Program-made: the position numbers and the translations under genes | Assembly: GCA_002269645.1 (NCBI GenBank) | Contig: NIVC01001998.1 | Span: 62,001-126,000 of the forward strand | DNA: 64,000 bases | Direction: 5' to 3' | DNA from: Macrostomum lignano | Lineage: Eukaryota | Shown: positions 1 through 29,400 of the stretch, piece by piece | Numbering within the stretch: the stretch's first letter is position 1 | How the letters are laid out: the number at the start of each line of letters is the position of its first letter | The notes under the pieces: generated by a model | What the model was told of the DNA's origin: nothing | Seen by the model: the letters and a program-made list of their open reading frames with translations, nothing else | Databases searched by the model: none

Positions 1-2436
1 TTTATTCTTTGTGACAAAATTTCCTTTCATTTGACACCATGAGCGTGAAATTTCATGGCTCTGTTGAAGAGCTACGTTAGACATTCCGGGAACTTTTGGG
101 ACACCCCTCGTATTATAGACTTTGTCTCTAACCATAGTCAGGATCATGCTATGTGTGCACTGGAAGCCACCCCAAAATTTTTTTGCAGTGTGCGCCAGGT
201 ATGCCAGGCAAAATGCACAAGTGTGCCAGGTGCGCCAGTCCTAAATCCTAATCTTAATGTAAAAAAATGCGCAATATACACAAAATCACAATATATTGTA
301 AGTTGTAACATTTCGTGTAATTGCAAGTAAAGATTATAAAGTTGAAGATTTGAAGATTTATGTTTTTAATTTCAAAAATAAAGAATAAAAGGGAGAAATA
401 AAACAATTTAGAGAATATTTTAAATGAAGCAATGGTTGTCAATTGTCATAACAATATTTGTGAAATCATTGTTAAACTTTGTGCAAAATTTCATGCTTTG
501 CATACTTTATGTTCTTTGATTTTGTCTTTTGCAGTGGCCATGGCACAGCCTCCTCCAGTGTGTGCCATGCAGGGTGTGCCAATTGTATATATGCCAAGGT
601 GTATGTCAGAAGACCCTTTCAAAAATTTTGTGCGCCAAGTGTACGCCAGCTATCCCAAATGTGTGCTGGAAATTTCCAGCATATATGACATGATCCTGAG
701 TGTGGGTCTCTAATAGTGCCTAAGTCTATACTTATAGACACCCATAGTCAGGAAGATGGCCTTTTTCACAGAAAATTCCATCATAAAAGGGGGTTAAATG
801 TGTAATGTGCTGGCATATTCTGGCACAATAGCAGGCAAAAGAAAAAAATCCGGCGCAGTATGGCATAAAACAAAAAATTGACACAATTTGGTGCAATACA
901 AAAACTTTTGACAATACAATATTTTCTTAGACAAAAAATGCATGTTGTTTCTTTTTACTAGCACTTTTTGGCAGTGTATTGATGGCTTTTTTAATTAATA
1001 CATGTTAATATTGTATTTTCAATGAAAAAGATTTAAATACATGTTTTTATGGTATTTTTAAACAGAAAATATGGTTTTTGTGTTTTTAAAAAAAAATTCC
1101 AACATAGCACAAGCAAACTTTTTTGCTAGGAATAGTTCTAGTGCACGGCAGGATCAAACTTTTTTGATAGGATTTGTTCTAGGGTAGGCATGCCATGATC
1201 CTATCTATGGATAGACATAGCTAGGCTGCTGTGTTTATAATATTAGAGCTTATAGACACGGTGAGTTGGCAATTGTGTCCATGTAGTATAGGTCTACTGA
1301 TGTACATTTAGCTAATATAGGATTTTTGTTCTTGTGTACACTACTGCACAATCTAGACCCTGGGGGGCATATATGTGCAACCTCCAAAATTTGCTCAGCT
1401 ATGCAACTTAGTTTTAACAAAAAATATGACAGTTTTTGGCCAAAAATGCAACTTACACGTAAAAGAAATCCTAAAGCAAAATTAATGCAACTTTGGGTAA
1501 ATGGCAGGAGTAACTATGACTATCTTATTGTTGTAACTCCTATTCATTTCTTATTTCACCTTCAGTTATCTTTGTTTACTTAGTTTTTTTTCTCTCTCTG
1601 TCTAGCTCAATCTTGTTATCTCTCTTTCCCTTGCTACCTTCTGATTGGCTCTCCATTTTCACCTCTCTCTTTAGTTGTGCACTCTATCCCTCTCCTTATT
1701 ATCTTCAATTCAAACCCCCTTGCAAGTTAATGTTCTATAAATATATCAGTTTGGGCCATGCGCCCACTTACTGCTCCTTCTCTCTTAGTATCAATTTAAC
1801 TCCAATTAAATAGTCTTTAGTTTAGTTTTTAGTCTTATTTTCTTGACACTTATTAAGGCAAAATGCCTCATTATCTACTTAGTACCAGTACTACTTGGGT
1901 ATTTATTTGGGTAGATATTTTTGTGACTTACCTTGGTTGGCCACTTAATCAGTTGGCCAACTTGGCCAATTAATTGTGCATGTATGGGGCCTGGGGGGTA
2001 TAGTGCAATGTTAAGACTATCTATGAAAAAAATATTTAAAAATTCAAGAAAATATAAATTATAAAACTAATACTAATATAAAATAATGTTAACTTTTTAA
2101 TTCATATTTATCATAATTTTAATATCTATTAATTTATTAGTGTTATATATAGGGAAGGGGCTTGGGGAGCTAGTGTAGCCTCCCTTCCCTCCAATTGCCT
2201 AGGGGGGTAATGATTGAAATCTATTGTATGGTAGCCATTAAGCTACGTATACCACTTTCTGTTCTATCTTTCATTATCTTGTCTAGGTACCTTTAAACAA
2301 CTTTGACTCTGAATTCTTATCTTGTCTTATTTCTTCTCTCATATTACTCTTGATGAAATCAATCATTGTCTAAAGGCCCTATTTAGTATGTTGTACTAGT
2401 ATTATTATTACTATCCCTCTTCTCAATAGAGGGCAA

Positions 2437-3122
2437 GGGGGGTTTCACAAACTCGAAAATTTCACAACGTCGAAAGCACCTTCTTTCACAAGATTGAAAT
2501 TTCACAAGGTCAAAATTTCATAACATCGAAAATTCAAATAGCAACCACTTTCACAAGGTTGAAACTTCATACGGTCGAAATTTCACAAGGTCAAAATTTC
2601 ATAACATCGAAAACTCAAATAGCAACCACTTTCACAAGGTCGAAACTTCATATGGTCGAAATTTCACAAGGTCGAAATTTCATAACATCGAAAACTCAAA
2701 TAGCAGCCACTTTCACAAGGTCGAAACTTCATAAGGTCGAAATTTCACAACATCGAAAACTTTAGCAAGGGACTTCATAAGGTCAAAATTTTACAATGTA
2801 GAAAACTACTGTATGGTTCTTGTTATATTAAATTTTCGACGTTGTGAAATTTCAAGCTTATGAAGTTTCGACCTTGTGAAAGTGGCTGCTATTTGAGTTT
2901 TTCGATGTTATGAAATTTCGACTTAATGAAATCTCTTGCTAGAGTTTTCGGTGTTGTGAAATCTCGATCTTGTGAAATTTCGACCTTGTAAAAGTGGCTG
3001 CCATTTGAGTTTTCTACATTATGAAATTTTGACCTTGTGAAATTTCGACCTTGTGAAGTTTCGACCTTGTGAAATAATTTACTTTTCGACGTTGTGAAAT
3101 TTCGACCTTGTGAAAGCACCCC
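2437..3122. mobile_element. Foldback/MITE-like element with inverted arms built from ~66-bp tandem units; 8-bp TSD
   Basis: Left arm repeats gaaatttcacaaggtc; right arm is its reverse complement. Termini GGGG..TTTCACAA / TTGTGAAA..CCCC. Direct repeat GAGGGCAA at 2429-2436 and 3123-3130. Confidence 0.7.
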
Positions 3123-3285
3123 GAGGGCAATCCCAAATGGAAAAATCCTAAGTATGCTAGTATAATTAGTATTCACTTAGTATTAATTATATATTTTTAT
3201 ATAGCTAAGAATTATTTCATTTAATAATACCAACTAAATGCATGCAATCTACACTAAAGAATAAATTATTAAATCAATTCTAAAC

Positions 3286-14444
<11,159 letters not shown>

Positions 14445-14640
14445 ATGCGCGAGATTAGTGACGAGTATCGTATTAGAAGAAATCTGTACTTGAAAATTTC
14501 GCTTAAGTCTATAGGATTTACAGTAGTGCTAAAAATACATTGAAAGTTTTCCATCTCGTTATGGAATTTTGCAGCGAAAACCAAGGGCCTCCTCACCTGT
14601 GGAAGTTTTTATATTTTCCAAGCTTAACATCTTTCTAGGC

Positions 14641-15150
14641 CAGAGGTCGGCAAACCGTCTTAACGTAAGTGCCGAATATAGAATCTAGCGCATGGCTGCG
14701 GGCCTGAGAGGAGAGAGAAGAGAGGAAATAGGAGAGGGGAGTGGAGAGAAGAGAAGGGAGGGGAGAGGAGAGGGGAGAGTAGAGAAGGGAGGGGAGAGGA
14801 GAGGGGGAGGAGAGGGGGGAGAAGAAGGAAAGGGGAGAGGAGAGGAGGGGAGAAGAGAGGAAAGGGGAGAGAAGAGGGGAGAGAAGAGGGGAGAGAAGAG
14901 AGGAAAGGGGAGAGAAGAGAGGGGAGAAGAGAGGAAAGGGGAGAGGAATATAAAGTAGAAAGGAGAGAGGACAGAGAGCAAAAGGGGAGAGTGGATAGGA
15001 GAGGGGAGAGAAGAGGAGAGAGGAGGGGAGATGAGACCAGGGTAGAAAGATGAGATGAGACAGAAGAGAAAAAGAGAAGAGTGCTGAGCTGATGCCCGCA
15101 TTGCTATTGTGAAGTTTCAAGGACCAGCGGGCAGGGTTTGCCGACCCCTG
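14641..15150. mobile_element. hAT (Charlie-like) MITE with GA-rich interior
   Basis: TIRs CAGAGGTCGGCAAAC (14641-14655) and GTTTGCCGACCCCTG (15136-15150), 14/15 match. Flanks ttctaggc / ctctggac match 5/8 and both resemble the NTCTAGAN hAT target. Confidence 0.7.
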
Positions 15151-16979
15151 CTCTGGACTTTATTTCGTGCAACTGTGCTGATGACACTGTGTACTTCTTC
15201 CTTGTCAAATATAATCCTGCCCCGGTTCGTTATAAGCTTGTATTTGAAACAAGGTTTAGGTTTATATTTTACTCTTGCATTGCTTATTCATTAATTATTA
15301 GCAGCCGGTACTTGTTAGACTACTTAAAGTGGCAATGTTAGTAAAGGAACGAGTAGAGTTTTGCTAATCTTGTATTTTAATTGCTTGCTTACACGATATC
15401 TTAATTATTTGTGGCTACATATGCTATCAATGTTGCTTATTTGTGTAAATATATTCATATCCAAGAATAGCTTGCTCTTTGTTTAGCAATGCAATAAATA
15501 TCTTATTGATTACGATGGTTAATAATGTTTCATTCGTTTATGTAAAGCTTTTTGTTTTGCTTTGGCAGCAGCAGAGTAGTGTGAAAGTTGATTATTAATA
15601 TTTATACTTTAAGCTCTAGTTCATGTTGCCTATGAATTATTGTAATCGATTTTAGTTACCCGCGGTTCCTCTATTATTATTTAAGCTGTCGTCGAATGTC
15701 AGATTTTGCAATAGCTCCTTAACTTGTTTGTTTTTCCTGCTTTGAATCAATTTTTGTTTTAATCCTGTTTATACTCTTTTCACAGATTTCCAGCTGATGA
15801 AATGATTAAGCGGTTAAAATATAAATTCATAATTCAATTTTAGACAAATTTATTATCGTCCTGCGGCTGGCTTTTTGCTGCGCTTGTAAATCACGGACTA
15901 AATATTTATTAGTTATGAACAGACTTTTCTCTTTTGTTTCATTCAAGATACTACTTTTAGTAGTAAAAAGAATCATACTCTATAAGCTGAAGCGATTAAG
16001 CCGATCAACAGAAAGAAATCCAATTCTGAACTTCTAGTCGGGCGCGGATATCATTTAGGCCGGAAAAAACCATGTTTCAAAATTAATTTATTTATAGAAA
16101 TTTTGCAACGGTATATGCGCTGCTTACACTACTTGTTTGTGATGTGAGTACTGAGTAGTATGCATCGCATTAAGTACTTATACTATACATTTATAACAGC
16201 TGTTTAATTCTTGACTTCTTCGTTAAGCCCTCTGGTAAATAAACCAGATAACACCACAAGATAATTTGCGAATCTTGTCAGATTCACTACCGATTTCCTT
16301 GTTTGAGGTGCGAAACTGGTAAAAACCACCAGATTCGTCACCAGGTAATTTTAGTGTTATCTGGTTTGCCTGTTATCTGGTGAGTCATCTGAATTTCACC
16401 AGATAACATGGCCCAAATCTTGCTTTGAAATCAGATTACATGACAAGATTCGCCACCAGAAATTTTTTTGTTTTCTTGTTTGACTGTTATCTGGTGAGTT
16501 ATCTGGATTTTACAGGATAACATGACGCGAATCTTGTTTGAAAATCAGATAATGGAACAAGATTTCAATCAAGATACCTTTGTGTTATCCGGTCCATAAA
16601 AACCCATTGTACTTTTCACCCAGAATTTCTAAAATTTCGTGATCCGGGCCCGATTTATTAATTAATTTCCAAGTAAAGGCCCGGATCAGCATTTTTGGCC
16701 CGGAATAGTACCTTTTTCCAGAAAATGTGATCCTGCAAAGTTCGAGAAAAAAGAAAGCTGTTCCGGCTGGATTTTCCAAAAAATTTCACCTGGAACACAG
16801 CTAAATTCTGAGTGTAGACCCTAATTTCAGTAGATTTTCTGGATGTAAATGTTCTGGGTGAGATTTTGGGAGTTCAGTCGGAATTCTTCAGTGATCTGAA
16901 CCAAGTGATCCGGAAAATCCACAGGGATCAGCTCCCATTGACCCGAATCTCGATGAAGTTACGGATAAGACTGGTCTTC

Positions 16980-17468
16980 GCGTCTGTTGTGGCTTAAGGC
17001 AGCTGCTATGCTGACCTGCGATGGATAATCAATCCTCGCTTCTGTTGTGGCTCAAGGCAGCTGCTATGCTGACCTGCGATGGATAATCAATCCTCGCTTC
17101 TGTTGTGGCTCAAGGCAGCTGCTATGCTGACCTGCGATGGATAATCAATCCTCGCTTCTGTTGTGGCTCAAGGCAGCTGCTATGCTGACCTGCGATGGAT
17201 AATCAATCCTCGCTTCTGTTGTGGCTCAAGGCAGCTGCTATGCTGACCTGCGATGGATAATCAATCCTCGCTTCTGTTGTGGCTAAGGCAGCTGCTATGC
17301 TGACCTGCGATGGATAATCAATCCTCGCTTCTGTTGTGGCTCAAGGCAGCTGCTATGCTGACCTGCGATGGATAATCAATCCTCGCGTCTGTTGGGACTC
17401 AAGGCAGCTGATAAGCTGACCTGCGATGGATAATCAATCCTCGCTTCTGTTGTGGCTTAAGGCAGCTA
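16980..17468. repeat. 58-bp tandem repeat (~8 copies) inside the TIR element
   Basis: Unit gcttctgttgtggctcaaggcagctgctatgctgacctgcgatggataatcaatcctc, head-to-tail with no spacers. Confidence 0.9.
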
Positions 17469-17937
17469 CTAAGAGTAGTCACTTTTATTTGACTACGCAG
17501 GTCAATCTTTAATCCGAGGGGTAATAAAGCCTCGAAATTGCAAAGTGAATTGATCTGCTTTTCGGAGGCACTGTAGCGTCCGTAATGTGAGGCTGTGCAC
17601 ATCCTCCGTACAGGTGACAATTGAAAAATTGTTGCGCCCTGATTGTGTGCGAGAGGTTTGACTACCACTGGCATGTAGTCTATCACAGCTGCTTAGTGTG
17701 TCAACGGGCAGAATGATTCTATCGTCGTATTTGACGCTTAGAAGCATGAGTCAGCCAACCATATTCTTTGGCACAGCTGGGTGTCTAGACTGAGACTGTG
17801 GCATAGTTCCAAATAGCTCTAACTGGCCCAGTATGCAAAGCAGCTTTCCTATTAAGATATATGCTAATCCTAATTATTTCGGTGCATGCTCCATTGGTTT
17901 GTCTAAGGCGTTTGCAGTTGCACCAGCCGTGAGCAGA

Positions 17938-18128
17938 TCAAGTCAAGAGAGTAGTCGTTACAGACTACGAGTGTCGGTAATCTTGTCGAGGGTTAATAAA
18001 TCTTCGAACAAGTCAAGAGAGTAGTCGTTACAGACTACGAGTGTCGGTAATCTTGTCGAGGGTTAATAAATCCTCGAACAAGTCAAGAGAGTAGTCGTTA
18101 CAGACTACGAGTGTCGGTAATCTTGTCA
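17938..18128. repeat. 70-bp tandem repeat (~2.7 copies) inside the TIR element
   Basis: Unit begins agtcaagagagtagtcgttacagactacga; period 70. Confidence 0.85.
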
Positions 18129-19087
18129 GCCACTTGTTTTCGGAGGGTGTCACCGTTGGACGATCGTCTATCGCACTAGCAACATCTGCAACGCCAAGTC
18201 GGTTGGATATTACCGATGGCACACGGGATTGCGAAGACAATCAGGTAAGAGTTTCCAGCGCAGTCGGAATTTCGTGGACGCAACTGCACGACGAAGCCAT
18301 CGCCGCGCGAGCCGGCGCATCAGATGAGACACCATTCACTCTGTATCCGATCTACGAGCAGCCGATCAACAAAAGCCAGTTGATTCCGGATGACGACTAT
18401 GCTACGAATGACATTCTATCGACGCAGCTAACATTACTAGTGAACAGTCGTAAAATCTGGCAATGATTGTCGGCGAACCGTCGCTGTCTGTTAGAGCTAG
18501 ACGATCGAGTGTGTATGTACATTACTGTTTCTTTATATAACTCTGTATATTTCGGAGAAACTGGCTTCCATCGCCATTTAATTTAACTTTATAATGCAGA
18601 GTCGTTCCATTGCGCCGGCATATAATGCAAGCCCCCGTCGGTGGTCTCATTCATCGCCGTCCGTGCGCGCGACCCGATCTTTCAAACGTCTGGCTCACGC
18701 GTCGACTGCCGCCATGCAGAGTCGTGTCCGAGTACAGCAGGTCCGACCTCGCCAGCGAGTACACCAGCTCGCAGCAGATCACCAATTCAGTAGCATCAAT
18801 TGGTATCCACAGTATAAGTAGGTCTACTTATAACTGGACTCCCGCAACTCAGACGTATGCCACGCTGTTCTCCAGACATTTCCGCTCCTGTTGAGCTACC
18901 GCTTAATTTGTATAAGACGATTACAAATGACACCCCGCTGTTAAATAGATGCTACTCATAAAATCTTGAAGCACCAACTTTTTATACACTTACTTACTAC
19001 TTACTACTTACTACTGACGGGGGGCGCAGGCGCCGCGAATAGGCCGCGAGGCCCCTATCGCAACCCCAAGGTAAAAGAGCACGAGGA

Positions 19088-23721
<4,634 letters not shown>

Positions 23722-24329
23722 GTTGGAGGGTTGGGGGATTGACGGACCCCCGGCCGCGGGAATTGACGGCTCCCGAGCCGTGTATACGCTTCTTTACTGC
23801 GAAATTTGATGTCAATGCCTTCCGGATTTTATTCGCATGAATTACCCGACTGTTACCTGGTCAACGAATGTTGCTTGTCGGATAGGATAAAAAACAAGAT
23901 AACAAACAGGATAACACGATGTTTCTCTGCAAGATTCGCATGAATTACCCGACTGTTACCTGGTCAGTGAATCCTATTCGAATCTTGTTTGAAACAATGA
24001 AACGTAAGATTTCGTCACGCAAACAGGATTCATACAAGATAACATTTTGCCTAACCGGAATATGGCGTTATCTTGTTTGAGCGAAAGTTATCTTGTGATG
24101 TTATCTGGTTTATTTACCAGAGGGAGTCTTACGCTTCTGTCGACTTTATCAGTGCCTTGGCTGCGATCGGGGTATTGAGGTTTAAATTTGAGCAAGGATT
24201 CATTGAAATCCTTCCAATCTGTAAAACTAGCTTTTTCGGCTCTCTGAATGAATTAAAATTTAGATGAGAATAAGGTGCAGATACTAGAAAAATCGGGTAT
24301 GCTACTCGCTATAAAATGCGCTTATCTTC

Positions 24330-25470
24330 TCTTTTTCAGTAGCGAAAGTAGCGTTTTAGCCAAAAAAATAGTAGCATTCAAATCTACGAGTACTAAACTT
24401 CACAAGATATTTTGCATTGACTTTTAAAGCTGCAGTAATCGTCTCTGGTTTTCTACAAGCAGATCTCTTAAGTTAGCTATTTCATCCTCTTACACCGACT
24501 GGGCTGCTTCAGAATATATAAATCCTTCAGGCTTTCTAGGGCAGAAAGGAGGAGAATCCGAGGGCCGCGAAGCGGCACGAGGATTTCCGACTTTTTGCCC
24601 TAGATAACCTGCTGGATTTGTATTCCTTCTTGATTTTGCGGGCTTCTTCTATTCCTTCTTGAAACGACATTCTTCGGCCCGCGAGTCAAACTGCATTTGC
24701 TTCAGTCTAAGTTCAGTGCAAGTCCTGATTCTCGACCCGCAAGAAAATGGAATTTGTCTATGGCACAAAATGCAAACTGGCTTGCCTGTGCCTGGAATTG
24801 GAGTCAGCAAGGCGCTCGACAACGGCCTGTTGGATGATCTTATAAGTGATTTTCCTATAAGTGAGTACCTCTGAACGCCATGTACTGTAAAGACGGCGTG
24901 GGTTGCACCACAAGACTATATTAAATCGTTACTGTTGTCCTCTTTGTAATGTTGCACTTTTAACGTTTTAAATACAATCGTTTCGGCTTCGTCTATGGCC
25001 CAGCCCGATATCGGGCAGAGAATGGGCCATTTCTTAAGCAGTCTTGCCCGCAAAATCAAGCAGGAATAAAAATTATTTTTAAAAATATATTTAATTAAAA
25101 CTGAAGATTGCAGGAAAACTTACAAAACCCAAATCCACTTCCTGTGAATAGCGACTATAGCGAGCAAGAGAGAAAAGAGCCCCAGCTAAGGCTGATAAAT
25201 AGTTTTTGGCTTTCGCCCGCTTGTGTCTTTGACCTTTCTCCTTACTGCTCTCTCATTGGCGGAGCCAGATTGGGCCTGCCCCTAGGCTGAGTTTCGTCCG
25301 TCTGACTTACCTCTCTCCTTACTGCTCTCTCATTGGCTGAGCCAGATTGGGCCTGCCCTCGGCTGAGTTTTGTCCGTCTGACTTTGACCTCTCCTTACTG
25401 CTTGCTCTCTCATTGGCTGAGCTAGATTGGGCCTAGCCCTAGGCCGAGTTTCATCCGTCTTGCGTTCACT
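24330..25470 (+). repeat. Dispersed repeat copy A (unclassified), homologous to 31865-32330
   Basis: Shared blocks aagctg..tctctgg..aagcaga..ttcatcct..ccgactg; atagcgagcaagagagaaaag; ctttgacct..ccttactgctctctcattggctgagccagattgg. Confidence 0.65.
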
Positions 25471-25755
25471 TTTGTGTACATTGAGTTAATGCTTGCTGTT
25501 CATGCTTAGTAAATTCTGCACGTTCTTAGTAAGTTCTGCGTTCTTAAAACCCCATACATGTAATGTTCCTGAAGCCGAAAACCCGAGAAATGAAAGTAAA
25601 TTTAAGTGACACTGCGCAGACAAACTACTAAAAAAAATTAGACGCTCTGCTTTTTTACAAACTTTAATTGCGATTGACATCTAGTTTTTCTAGCACCAAA
25701 TGCACGAAATGCAGAATGCAGAATTCAACATGCACGATATTCTAGGGTCCCTAGC

Positions 25756-25948
25756 GTTTTTTAGAATCCAACAGACACCTCCCTCTGGTAACCAAATCTT
25801 GTCTATGGCCTACACCGCTTCTAATATTGATGTTCAAAGCCACTGCTACAAAATAGGCTGAAGAAAGTTTGCAAATCGATTCAGCAGCGATTTAGGCCAT
25901 AGACAGAAGATTTGGTTACCGGAGGTGTCTGTTGGATTCTAAAAAAAC
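25756..25948. mobile_element. Small inverted-repeat element (MITE-like, ~50-bp arms)
   Basis: ttttagaatccaacagacacctcc..ggtaaccaaatctt..gtctatggccta and its reverse complement at 25893-25948; no clear TSD. Confidence 0.6.
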
Positions 25949-26084
25949 GGTATTCAATCGTATTTTCTCTCTCTTAGTCCATGTAAATTGGCACTTTATT
26001 TAACATCAGATTATAAGCAATATTACGACATCAAAATTCTTAGTTAATCGTACATTCAAAACTAGAGACTAATACACCTATTTA

Positions 26085-26471
26085 ATGCCTGCCAATTGGA
26101 ATGCGGTTCTACCAACTTGTCTAGCGATTACAATTTGTCTATTTTGCGCTTGCAACAAGTCTGGCTTCGCTTTAAAGTTGGACAACAATTTCTACGACCT
26201 CTTCAGCCTGTCGCGCATTTACGACCGCGTGAAATATGGTGATATTGCTCAGCTACACAAGGCCTATCAGGAATACCATATCAATGAGAACACGGCCCGG
26301 TTATTGTTCACTTTGGCTAGAGCTTTCACAACTACTAAAATTATGAGTGAAAAGGATTTTATACTGGCGTCTTACATAAGCTCCTCGCTTGATCCCAGCG
26401 TGTGCGACGACTACACCCGGTTTAGTAAGCATCAGCAGATCGATGTGCAATGCCACTTCCAAGCCTTTGTG
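26085..26471 (+). CDS. Gene 2 exon 1 (signal peptide)
   Basis: ATG 26085, donor GTG|GTAAGG. Confidence 0.8.
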
Positions 26472-29400
26472 GTAAGGGGGCCATGTAAATTTGCATGACA
26501 ATTTTCATTGATTTTTATAATAGGGGCCAAATCAGAAGCAAAGAAAACTAAAGCATCGTATATATAGGACGCGACACTCGAAATCTATCGAAAATGTTTA
26601 GAAAGTCACTTTTCGCCAAAAAATACACTCGAAGATAGGAAGTTTTCATTTTTTCAGCACAAAAAATTGTTATTGCTTTCGATAGGAGGCAGACCCAATG
26701 TTCATCTTTTGATATGATGTGCTGATACAAAATATCTGAATGTTGCAATTCAAAAATTAAAATAACGTGCTTTCCGTTACTACTCTACTTAAAATAGAAA
26801 TGTAGGAAAAAAACGCCTAAAATAATGAAAACAACGCAAATGTAACACTATAAATTATCACGAAGTCATCAAATCACAAAATCATACGAAAGTAAAACTT
26901 CATATTGAAAAAACCACCCTAAAAAATTCGGCAGACATGCGTGGAAGGCGTGCTCCAGAGACCAGCCGACTGTCTAATGGCCAGCGAAGCCGATCGAGGC
27001 GACTGTCCTCAGGCGAAGCTGTGCAACTCTGCCTACAATCACGCAGCCGAAGGAGGCAAGGAAACTCGAGCCTGGCTGCAGCTGTGGGCCGAGGAGACAA
27101 TGCAGGACCTCGTTAATTATCGGAACAACACACCGACAGAGATCGCCGCCATGCTGCGGAAGAGCTGCCTGCACGATTCTCAGTTCCTATCCGCCATCTA
27201 CAATCTGGCCCTGTGCTCGGAGATTTCTAGGCAAGCCTCGCTGATGCATCCGAGGATAGTGCACCCGCTAGCTGAGATCTACTGCCCGGATCCCTGCCTG
27301 CGAAGGCCATGCGCTTCCAGGGCGCTGCGGCATCAGCTAATTAACACAGAGTGCTCATCACTGTCCACTCGATGGGAGAGTAGGCACGCCATCGCGCACA
27401 TGTGGGATGACTTGCAACTGCAGCTACAGCACGATATGCCACCGCAGTACACGTGAGTGCGATAACACGGTTTACACTTGTTGACCTTGAAAGTCTCTTA
27501 TAAAAGTATCTGGTGACCTTCAAGTAACATTGAAACTCTCTTATCAACGAATCATGCGACCTTGAAATTCTCTTATCAAAGTATCTTGTGACCTTGAAAA
27601 CCTCTTATCAAAGAGTCATGCGACCTTGAAATTCTCTTGTCAGGTATCTTGTGACCTTGAAGCCCTTTTATCAAAGAATCATATGACCTTGAAGTTCTCT
27701 TATCAAAGAATCATGCGACCTTGAAATTCTCTTGTCAGGTATCTTGTGACCTTGAAACCCTTTTATCAAAGTATCTTGCGACCTTGAATCTCTCCTATAA
27801 ATGTTATTTAGAGAACTTGAAACTCTTGTGACCTTAAAATTATCTTATAAATGTATCTTGTGACCTACATGTAGCTTGAATTACTTGTATAAAAGTATCT
27901 TGGTACCTTGAAATTAAATCTCACCTGAAAGATTTGTACTACCCTTAAGAAATCATGTATTCTAGGTAAATCTTACAAAACTGACGCACAGTACCTGCGC
28001 CATTCCCAGATGCGCTTGCCGCTACGGCAGTTGGTCGCCAGTCAAGCAGGCTTGCGAACATGTTTCCGGAGGCGACTTTCGCACCTGCTCGCCAACCCTG
28101 GCCAACCGGTATTTCCCCTGCGACTCTGTCGGAACTGTGGCTTGCTACGAGAACAGCGAATCAGAGGAGATCCCATTCATCTGCCGCTGTCGCCCAGGCT
28201 TCGTTGGCGTGTTTTGTCACGAGAAAGTCAACTCCTGTCTGAACTTGGCTGTGGACGTCAAACTGCATGGTAAATATTGAATCTATTGATAGTTTGCATA
28301 AATAAAACTATTGACCAGTGTTTGTTTGGAAGTGGTCTGAACTTTTTTTAAAAAACATGTTGGTTCAAGGGGCTTAAACATCAGGGGCTTTAGCAGCAGG
28401 GGCTTTAGCAGCAAGGGCTTTAGCAGCAGGGGCTTTAGCAGCAGGGGCTTTAGCAGCAAGGGCTTTAGCACCAGGGGCTTTAGCAGCAGGGGCTTTAGCA
28501 TCAGGGGCGCCAGCACCAGGGGCTTTAGCAGCAGGGGCTTTAGCAGCAGGGGCTTTAGCAGCAGGGGCTTTAGCATCAGGGGCGCCAGCACCAGGGGCTT
28601 TAGCAGCAGGGGCTTTAGCAGCAGGGGCTTTAGCAGCAGGGGCTTTAGCACCAGGGGCTTTAGCAGCAGGGGCTTTAGCACCAGGGGCTTTAGCAGCAGG
28701 GGCTTTAGCAGCAGGGGCTTTAGCAGCAGGGGCTTTAGCAGCAGGGGCTTTAGCAGCAGGGGCTTTAGCAGCAGAGGCTTTAGCACCAGGGGCGCCAGCA
28801 CCAGGGGCTTTAGCAGCAGGGGCTTTAGCAGCAGGGGCTTTAGCAGCAGGGGCTTTAGCAGCAGGGGCTTTAGCAGCAGGGGCTTTAGCAGCAGGGGCTT
28901 TAGCAGCAGGGCTTTAGCAGCAGAGGCTTTAGCACCAGGGGCCAGCACCAGGGGCTTTAGCAGCAGGGGCTTTAGCAGCAGGGGCTTTAGCAGCAGGGGC
29001 TTTAGCAGCAGGGGCTTTAGCAGCAGGGGCTTTAGCAGCAGGGGCTTTAGCAGCAGGGGCTTTAGCAGCAGGGGCTTTAGCAGCAGAGGCTTTAGCACCA
29101 GGGGCTTTAGCCATCTCATTTTTTCCAGCCGAATTCGCTCTTCTCCATGTCGCCCCTGGCTGCAATCCCCTGTCCTTTAAGCCAAAGTATGCAGAGCCAG
29201 ATGTGGAAAAACTCAATCCGCAGGCACAACCCGTCGCATGTCGGGCAACCGGATGTGCAACGTGAATCACGGAGGCGAGCCCTTAGCCAACTGGAACTCG
29301 CCCGTGAACACCTGCCAACCCGACCCGAAATCGCACGGCGGCTATAATTGTACCTGTGTTTCGCCATTCTACCGGCTGATTTACCTGGAGACGGACAATT

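Noticed and set aside
1-2400. Short ORFs and degenerate tgtgcc/ccatagtcagga repeats at the window start
   Set aside because: AT-rich, probably old repeat debris; no termini, TSD or protein similarity I can support
16980-17468. CRISPR-like regular repeats
   Set aside because: Units are head-to-tail with no unique spacers, no cas genes, eukaryotic context
24659-24874. 71-aa ORF with a donor-like GTGAGT at ~24862
   Set aside because: Lies inside dispersed repeat copy A; no recognisable domain; gene 2 already has its own ATG and signal peptide
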